DNA of 63,111 nucleotides, filler included, from Choristocarpus tenellus KU-1152 (lineage: Eukaryota > Protista > Phaeophyceae): NCBI GenBank assembly GCA_964200185.2. It is 10 parts of 10 records of this genome, joined end to end, with 100 filler letters (N's around TTAATTAATTAA, not from the genome) between each part and the next. Parts side by side here need not be neighbours in the genome. Positions count along the whole stretch, not along the records: positions 53,156 to 63,111 come from CAXNAD020003248.1; 9 more parts are not named here. The stretch is one strand, 5' to 3'. A program made the position numbers and the translations under genes. Shown here piece by piece: positions 53,911 to 63,111 of the stretch. Numbering within the stretch: the stretch's first letter is position 1; every line of letters begins with the position of its first letter. The notes below the pieces were generated by a model, which made no database searches, was not told where the DNA came from, and was given only the letters and a program-made list of their open reading frames with translations.

Positions 53911-56900
53911 GCACAGGTGACATTCAGATCACCTTGTGCCAGTCTTTGCAGATGACGGGCGCTGTGGTGGTCACCACCCCGCAGAAGCTTAGCTACGTGG
54001 ATGTTATCAAGGGAATAGGAATGTTTGAGGAGGTCAAGGTGTGTGTTTCTGTTCACAAGTCCTGCTCACGAATGAGACTGGTGGGGGTGGGGTAGAGGGT
54101 TGTGCCGAGTGGTCTCTATCGTATATCATGGTGGGAGGCGTTTTGAGTGTTCCTGCTTGTGCGTATTCTGCCCACTGTGTGCGATTCATCGGGACGGTTG
54201 TTATCAATACTGGAACCTTTGGTAGTCGCTCTCACTTTTTTTACAGAGCGAGACTATCAAACACATTTGAGCTCTGCCTCGTGCTTCTCCCCATCCTCGC
54301 CTTGCGAAATATCTTCAATGCTGTACTCCTACGACTGTACGTATCACGGCGCCTCAACGGTAAACGTGATGGACGGACCAGGTACCTGTCCTAGCTGTGG
54401 TGGAGAACATGTCCTACTTTGACTGCGACCACGGGAAGCGCCACTTTCCATTTGGGCCGGGGCATGCTGACCGGCTCTTGGAGGAGTGTGGAGTGGAGAG
54501 CAACTTCCGACTGCCTCTGAGTGCGGCAGTGGCATCTGGTAGTGACTCTGGAGACCCCATCGTGCTAGCTAGTCCAGGAGCAGAGGAGTCTGAGGTATGG
54601 GGGTGGGAGTGTGGGGTGCCTGGTGGTGTTGGGTATGGGGAGAATATTGAGGTGCTTTGATCTGTGTGTGGGGGGTTATCTGGATGTCGAGTGTTTCTCA
54701 TTAGGGTTAGGGCAAGTAGTGGTGATTGGTGGAACAGGCGGGTCCTTTTTTGGTTGGTAGTTACTTAGGGCATCTGCTCAAGGGGAGAAGTGGAGTGATT
54801 GCGCATGGCCTACCCCTAAGTTTGTACTGTGAATCCCTGGTGTACCCTCTAACACAGGGCGCTGGGGTTTGTGCTGGAAAGGCTGGTTGGTGCTATTGCT
54901 TTGTGTTTGGCTGCAAGTACTCAATTTCCCCTATGTTTATCTTTGAATACCCTTGCTGGTAATGCTTTTCTTAGTGTAGTTATTTGGTTGATTTCCAGGG
55001 GTGTGCTGTGCCCCTCCGAAGCGATATACCATGTCTCTGAAGTGATCAGAAGGGTGCACGATTATCCTATGGCGCTTCAAAGGGCAACAATGCTGGGGAA
55101 TACGGACGAGGTTCTGAGTACTGTTTGTTTTTTATTTTGTGAAGACGTGCAGTTTGAAGTATATTTGAATATAGAACGGTACATCTCACTGCTTGGGCTT
55201 TTAATGGAACTGGTGTGATTATTGAAGCAGGATTTTTTTTTTCGGATTTAGGTGAAGATTCGACAAGTCTGAGTGTCTGAACTAGCGCATATCAGGATTG
55301 ATCCTTTGTGGAGGGAAGCATTCCGTTGGTTTTGCTGTGGGATTTCTTAATCCCAGAGTCCTGCATATGCAACTTCCCTTTTCCACCATTTGTTGATAAA
55401 GCTTAATTATTCCTTGACATAAATGTCGTTCTAGACGTTGTGTATGAGGTATTGCTCTGCAGTACTATTGTAGTTCTACAGGAATATTAATAATAATGAT
55501 GATGATGATGATGAGGGTGATAAATTGATGAGAAAGGGAACACCGAGCATGCTACTTCTCACTCGAATTTTTCATTTCTCTGTACATGCTTTTTTTTTCT
55601 TTTCAATGTAGTTGCTTTTTAATCTGAATCGAAGCAGGTGTGGAGTGCCAAGCACTGGGAGGCGTTTTGTGGGAGGTTTGGTGTGAGGCATACAAGATTC
55701 AAGCGGTGTGATGTGGTTTTGGTTATAGATTGCAAAGTGCACATGCTATTGATGAAATGGCCAACTGACTTTAAAGGTTCCAATTGGTGCCGATTGCTCT
55801 TTGATTAGATTAAGCATAGCGCTTGGATCAAAGCGATTTACAGTCCCCTTTATTTTATTTTTTTCCAAGTGACCTTCCTCCTGTCCCATATTCACTCATG
55901 ATGACATTTGACCATGTGGTGCAGAAGTGACTTCTCCCCATGCCATGTTCCCTTTGCCTGATTCCTGTCAATGAAGTGAAAGCCTCTTCATTAACCCACA
56001 CAATGTCACACAACATCTCAATGACCTGTTGTTTGCAGGTATACCTTTCCCTGGCAGATGCTGTGGTTGCTGAGGTGTTTAGAGGGGAAGCAACAGCAGC
56101 AGAAACACCTGAGGTGGCGTCTTCCCCCCCCCCGCTCCATAAGTTACTGTATTCGATTTGTGTTTGCTCTAGATTGATTCATCCATACTATATAATGTAT
56201 TTTCTAGGCTGCATCTTTTACATTGATTATATGAAACGGTTTAACCCCTGATGTAAAAGGCTCAATCCTTTTTGCGCAATGAATTTTGACAGTACAACTA
56301 TATTTTGCCAAGTTATCGATTTGTGGTGATGGTAAATCTATGCATGTATGCCAATTGAAAGGTATTTGCCCTGCTGAACGATTGTACTTATCATCCTGAA
56401 GAAGTTGAGGCAGTTTGCAAGTAGGAACACTTGTCCCTCACTGTATTTGCATGAAAGGTACAAATATGGGAGCTATGCCTCACACCTGATATTATAACAA
56501 TGACGCAGTAGTGGTAGTTGAGATCTGCCTCCTTACATTTTTCTGTCTTTATGTTTAGCTTCAATTTAGAATGTACTGGTAGTAAATATTGAGGTGCCGT
56601 GCATATATTTTTGTTAGAGCCCTGTCTGCTTTGTGAACATCGTAGCGTAGTGAGGCAGAGATTCGCATATCCCCAGAGATAGATGACGCCTGATGAGATT
56701 GAACCAATTTTCTTGTTTATCCCCTAAGAGCAGTTTGTGTTCCCTATAATGTTCTCTATTTTCTTGTGATCAGAGTCCCTTTCAGTGCACACACCCACTG
56801 TAGAATCTATCTAGACCCCAACTTCAACACCCTGCTGTGCCTCCTCTCCCCCACCCAAGGTGATATTCAAGCCAGGAAGGGGAATTGTGATGCGATACAT

Positions 56901-57835
56901 GTCCGAAACAGAGGCTACAGAGCTTGTCATTCCTCCATACCAGGTCAGTGTGCAAAGCACAGTATGGTAGGGGTGAGGAGTGCTGCAGGATGTGTGCTGT
57001 ATCCTTGATTATGGGCTTTGAGACGAGATTATTGAGAGGTAGGCAGGCAGGTTTAAGTCCTTTTGCATTCTAGGTTATCTTTCTTGCCCTCTGTAATACG
57101 ACCTACTACTACATCGTTGTATGTGCATAATGGTGTACACAAAATGATATTCCCCCTCTCCACGCACAAAGCAACGCCACAATTCAATAAAAAGACCCTT
57201 TTGCAATTGTATCTAAATGACAACTTGCTGCGTTTTCTCGGGATCCTCAAAATGCAGCATATTGCCCATCTCTCAATTACTTTTGACTATGTTTGTCCTG
57301 TGTTTAGGTTGACTTCCACATATGTCAGGAGTTGAATTCTCTCCGAAGAATAAGAATAGCTGTCTCAAATCTTGACACCAGATATGTTCATTGACCACTC
57401 CTCAACCGATGTATCTCCTGATGCATGTAACGACAAGCTCTGGCTTTGATAGGCATTATTAAGCATTTCGCATCGAGGATCATGCCACACGGACTTGGTA
57501 CTCTGGTTAGCACTTTAAGACTGCATTTTGCCAAATCATCACAACTCTTACTGTCACATCACGTCTCCAACGTCACCAACTACCCACTCGTTTGATTGTC
57601 TGGGTCGACCTCCATGACCCCTGACTAATGACAGCTACGAATTCGGGACCCAGTTACTGGGGATATCCTTCCGGAGGAGGAGATCTTTGCAGTTGACGAA
57701 GAGGTGATTCCTTTAACCCTTGGACAGCGGGGAAATTATGCTGTGGCTATCAGTTGGAGCGATGGAAACCGAGGGAACATTTACGCTCATCGTATTTTGA
57801 GGAAGGTTGCAGAAGAGATGCAAGGGCAGTCATGA
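53911..57835 (+). CDS. HCF101: Fe-S cluster carrier HCF101 (Mrp/NBP35 ATPase plus C-terminal DUF971-type domain), 5'-partial
   Basis: Exons 53911-54038, 54382-54594, 56039-56113, 56860-56943, 57635-57835. Motifs [45 protein letters not shown]. Confidence 0.92.
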
Positions 57836-58571
57836 TGGAGGCTCACCACGCCTAGCTTTCTTTGCCCCTAGAGATCTGGATCATCATGTGAAGGAGGATG
57901 TTGGCATACATTATTATGGGTGCCTCAACAAAACAAACGTACACATACGTTATGTGTGTTATTATTCCTATTAACATATGACAAAATTGTTGTGTAGGGA
58001 AAATAAGAAATGTGAAGGTTATATTTTGTATTGTAGTGATGTGGTTGTAAAGTCTTCCGCATTCACAAAGTACAACGAAATGATAAAGAATGGATGACGT
58101 CATAATGGTACGCCTCCACAAATATTGGAGACCTTTTTGAAATATTCTTCACGTTTTGTGTTTTGGAGAGTATGATCTACAACAATTAGTGGGGTTCCTA
58201 CTGCCAGCATTTTGCCCCACAGGGACCAGCTCAAGTAGAAGTCACAGGACTTTCTAGAACTGTCAATTGATGGAGAAATCAATCCGAAAACGAAGAGGTA
58301 CTCCTCCAGAATGGGAAACATCAGTAAAAGCTCCCGTGATGGCAGGGGGACCTCAACAAAGGTCGACTCAACGCCGGGACCTGCTTATCTTTCTAGGAGC
58401 ATTCTTGTTGGTAAGGGTTCACTGAGCACCTGACCATTGTAATAAAACTTATTGATGGAACAAGAAAAGAGGACAACTCTTGTGCCTTGATCTCAACTCC
58501 CCATCCAGTTGTCTTTGTAGTCACTTGACAACCCTCACATGCTCCTTTGAAGTGTGGTTCCCTCACCATGG

Positions 58572-61242
58572 ATGAACCCCTTCCAGATGATAGGGAGCTC
58601 AATCGGGTACCTCATCTACAGATTAGGGTTTGCATTCCTTATTCCTTCCTACTTCAAGACCTTGCATCTTACACCAGTGGACGCAGAGATGGTGGTTGAC
58701 TCCCACACGTTCTTGTTCATTGGGGGTCCTCATCGCGGGGGCACCACGGTACTTTGGGAATGCCTCCGCGAGCACCCGAGTATCAGCGGATTCGCGGACA
58801 GGGTTGGTGCAGATTATAGCGAGGGGATGTTCCTGCAGAGTGTGTACCCCACGATGGGTATCGGCTCCGAGATGGGGACAGCACAAGTGAGATGACTATC
58901 TTTTGGAATAGAACTGAGTTCAGTTACTTAACTTGTTACATCGAGTGCTCACTGACTCCGCTCTTCATTTCATCGGTGATTCCCTCGAAATTCTAACCAA
59001 CGTGATCTTACTGATTCATGCAGGTGCGCATATTGAAAGTCCGAACATGGCTTCCCACACCATCCCATTCCCACGTATGTATGTACCCTCGCCTGTCACC
59101 ATTAGCAAGGTTTTGGAGGCGGGCGCAGAAAGAAACGATCCAAATTGACTTCCGGCATGTTAGAGGGGCTAGGCGGCTATGCGTTCAACCCTGAGTACCA
59201 CTTGACAGAGTCAGCTGCGTCTGTTGCCGGTCGCACCACTCTTATGAATGAATGGGGCTACCAATGGGACTTGAACCAGCCTGTGCTTCTCGAAAAGAGT
59301 CCTCCCAACATGATCATATCTCGCTTCCTCCAGAGCATGTTCAGTCCGGGAATGATTCTTGGAGGCTTAGGGTCACACAACGGGGAGATGGGAAGGGAGG
59401 GGAGGGAGAAAGTTGAGGGAAAGGAAGAGACTGATGAGGATGGAGGGGGCAGGGTGGTGGGAAGGACGTCTCGGGCACACTTTGTTTTCATCACACGTCA
59501 CCCCATCGTCAATGCTATGGCACTAGGGAAGTATAGTGGGGTGGGGAAGGATGGGATGCCAGATGTGTTTGAGCAAGTCCTTCATTGGGTCATTAGCCAT
59601 GACATCTTGGTGGAGGATCTGCAAGAACTTCAACATGCAAAGCTTATCCGGTGCGATAGTTGGTTGCAGTAGGCCCCCTGACAAGGATACCATTTCCTGT
59701 GTGAAAGATTGTGAGAGGGGTTTGACACGTGAGGGAAAGTTGCCAGAGGTGCTGGTCCTATTAATTTGGGCGTGTGCAATTCCACAAGTAGGTCTTCACC
59801 ATATGTTGTAGTGTCTTTTGTGTTGGTCTGTATTGTATTGCACCCCTTTTCTAAATCTGCGCACGGTAAGCACCCTGATTTTCCCTATGCTTGGCAAGCG
59901 ACTTCCACATGTTTCCATTTCAAGGGGCTGGCAATTGCATCATCTCTGATATCTTGTAACTGACATGGGGGTGCATCCTCTACTCCAGCAGTGGATGCTG
60001 TTTCTTTGAGAACCCCAACCATCTACACCCACACACTACTGCTGACTGAGTCTTGACCGCATCTCTTAGTTGCACTCCTGCTATCTGTTTCTTACGCACC
60101 CCCCAAGATTGGCCTATAGACAAGTTGTGATAACTCCCGACCTCCCACCCTTATCCCAGGTTGTGTCGCAGATACCTCATGTTGCGAATGACTATAACTT
60201 AACTAACACATGCAAGCAATAACCACAAAGACACACAAGGAGCATTGAATTTAGAGTTGGATCATGCTTCGTGGGCTTTGAAGGATTGTGGGAGTGTACT
60301 CCAGGTTTCGGAATTTGTAAGATAATGTAATTGTTGAAGTGTACTCCTAGATTTGTAGAAGTGCGTGAATTGGGACTGATGCTGATATTGAGGGGGGCAG
60401 GGGGGGTTGCAGGGTCAAGACATCTTATTGACTCATAGGTTTGTAAAAGCTGTTTTTTGTGGTGCAAATGGTGCTTGTCCAACCGTCTGTCCTACTGCTT
60501 ACTATTATCAATGTCGTTTGTTTAGTATTGGTACTCTTTCAGTGGAGGATCGAAACATAGGCAAGGATGGGGGACCACAACCTAGAGCTCTACCTGTGAA
60601 AGTAGAGAGGATTGTTGATTAGGAGGTTTAAAGGGGCAAAGCACACACTAACTATATGTTCATTGGAGCACCTTGATGAAAACCTTTTTTTTTTGTCACA
60701 GAACATGTTGGAGTGGTAGGACAAGAATTCCCAATGGGCAGCTGACCTCGATACAATGAGACATGCTACCAAGTAATAGAGCAAATGGAGGTCAAGCACA
60801 TGTCACAAATAGTGCACTCAGAGAAGAAATAAGAAGAAAGTGATCCCATGTATTTCACAATGTCATGAATTCAGGATTGATCTCACCTGTCCATACCCAG
60901 CCACCCCATTTGCCCTGCCCCCTTCCCCCCACCCTTCCCAACTCTGCCTCCTCCAGGTTTGAAGACTTTGTCCTTGATCCCCAGACACATGTAGATGAGA
61001 TCCTCACTGACCTGGGACTGCTTGGAGTAAATGAGACGACCCAGTACCCCCTCCAAACAACTGTTTTTACCACTACCAACATGAAATACGAGAGGCGTTA
61101 CTGTGAGTGGGTGGGGCACTCCCCTTCAAACTTAGCCACCCACCGGCGGCTGTCAAGCAAGCTTGGACCAAGAGTAAAGTCGCATGGGTACGACCTCGAT
61201 AGTTTCACCTGTCTGAAGAGACTCCTTGGGGCAATGCACTGA
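58572..61242 (+). CDS. PAPS-dependent sulfotransferase (Sulfotransfer_3-like), 3 exons
   Basis: Exons 58572-58886, 59106-59650, 60957-61242. 5'-PSB loop FIGGPHRGGTT..L..HP, LLEKSPPN, FVFITRHP, LIR|FEDFV.DP. Confidence 0.88.
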
Positions 61243-63070
61243 CAGGGTATGCATAGAAGAACACATGCAATTGCAATGGGTCAACGGCAAGGTCAGCTAC
61301 CAAGGGTGGGTTGATGGATTTTTTTTCAACATGTTGAATGATTACCATTATCTCAAAAGCGTAACTTTGGGCCATTGCGTTCCTTAGCTATGTTGCTGAT
61401 CTCAGGCTTTTTATGTAGGATAAAGGTAAAGATGTAAAACCATATGAGCAATGATCCTCTTCTGTCCGCCCTCATCATGAGCTTCTAATAATAGAGAGGT
61501 GGCCTCCAAACATTTGTTCTGCATTTACATACTCAAATATATATTTCCTGTGCTCTAGAGTTTTTTGTATGAGGTTTTGAAAGAGCTGTTGACCCACGCT
61601 ACCATTGTATATTGTTAGTAGTGTGCAGAGGATTAAGGCTAATCGATGCTTCAAACAGGGCAACAAGAATATCTCTGCGGAAAATGAGGCACTTTTGCGT
61701 AAGAAATCTGTAGTGCAATGTACCCACAGCATTGTTGTCCCCTGATACCCTGCCACTCGAAGCATACTTGCTCCAAGTAAAGTTGCCAGGCTGCAATATC
61801 CATATGAATTTTGTTGTACCTTGTGCTTGCCAGCGTTCTTGTTTCCAATTGTTTTGTATTTTGTTGGAGGAGGTCATTGCCTAGGTCTCCCACTGCTGGG
61901 TTGTTTGTTATCTGAATGTTGTGGAGTATTGTCTAAAGGTGGGTAATATAATTGTGCACGCCCTATCCCATGACACCTTCGTGATTCAAACAAACTTGTT
62001 TGCTCTCTCTATGTATATACATGTCGTCCTTGGTGGTGGCGTGTGCCCCTCAGGCACACTCAAGGAGTACTAAACCTCCGAATGATTCCAATTTTCCCGC
62101 ACCTATACTTCTCATATCACGCCTGCTTATATACTTCCTAGCAGCTCATTTTGTACTGGTCAAACGGTCTCTCTACTTGATACTTGGTGCAGAGACAAAA
62201 CGCTTTGCATGCTAGTGGTGCTTTGAAGTATATTGATGCCATCAGTGCAATACCTTCAGCACAAGACTCGTTCCTGCTGTTTGTTTTTTTCTACCTTCAA
62301 CGTTTCTGTAACTCTTTTCTGTTCTCCATTTTTGTTTGTGATATCCATACGGTTCCATGCCCTTACCTGCCCAACAGGGCAGCAGCAGAAAGAGCTGTGA
62401 TTGCTCTATCTGCCTTGAGATTTGATGTGAACCTGACATTCTTTTTATCTAACTAGGTGTTTACAGTACTAGGTTAAGTAAGAAGATGTGCTGGCAAGTG
62501 AATCTTGACTGCTTTGATTCAGTTGCTGCAGTCAGACCTTGCTGCATATGGCGAGTTAGGTGTTCAAGTAAGCATGATGATCCCCAGCACCCTTTAAAAG
62601 GCTGGTTATACATGTTATGAATCAATTGCTTAGGACGAAGTGAGCTTCACTTGTTCATGAGGGCAACTAAACTACTTTGTCATCATTGTTCTTCCTTTTT
62701 GGTCAATAGCTCTCAATCGCTTGTTTTCTCATGCCAAGAACTTGCTCTTTTCCTGACAATTGTTCTTCCTAACTATTGCTTCTTGTGTGTGATTGACCAA
62801 AATTATAATATCAATGATGCTGTAAACTATCACACAATGTGTCAATAGCACCAAACTCAAAACACTTGTTGACATTGAGTATCCATCTGGGACTTCAAGC
62901 ACCACCATCATTCTGTATGTTAAGTTTCAAACGTTGGTTGATTTATCATGTCTGTTCCATCTCTTTGATGTTCGAATCCAATCATCGCACTTCTATTACC
63001 CCCTTAGCTCAGTGATCCATGATGATAGTGAATGCTATTCTCCCTCCTATATAGCATCAAAAGCAAAAAA

Positions 63071-63111
63071 CAGGGGATCCTCAAAATTGAGGATGGCGCG
63101 GGACTATGAGG
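63071..63111 (+). mobile_element. Family 2 terminus (hAT-like) at window end
   Basis: CAGGGGATCCTCAAAATTGAGGATGGCGCGGGACTATGAGG. Confidence 0.65.

Noticed and set aside
61475-62911. Possible minus-strand spliced gene
   Set aside because: Splice-like signals are present but candidate exons contain stops and no domain was recognised.

Overview
Eukaryotic nuclear DNA from an intron-rich photosynthetic organism (inference: an ochrophyte such as a brown alga or relative). The window is a pseudo-scaffold of 10 contigs joined by artificial 100-bp spacers (N44-TTAATTAATTAA-N44), so adjacency across gaps carries no biological meaning. Spliced host genes, mostly partial: CPA1/NHE8-like Na+/H+ exchanger, RH50/DDX28-like DEAD-box helicase, high-Mr thioredoxin reductase, F-box-like/SEL1-repeat protein, HCF101 (Mrp/NBP35 plus DUF971-type tail) and a sulfotransferase. 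The rest is dominated by mobile DNA: an ~180-bp G-tract MITE family (11 copies, 4-bp TSD), a CAG-initiated hAT-like terminus family, hAT and other relics, foldback palindromes and an organelle-derived pseudo-tRNA. The most novel candidate lies in contigs 1-2. It is a CpG-rich, multi-copy, spliced gene whose reconstructed architecture is ParB-like domain, HTH-like region, acidic tract, PHD-like finger and degenerate N6-adenine-methyltransferase-like domain. It sits divergently beside a Sola/DUF7869-like transposase fragment and may be a chromatin-acting transposon cargo. All domain calls are by-eye motif recognition; no searches were run.
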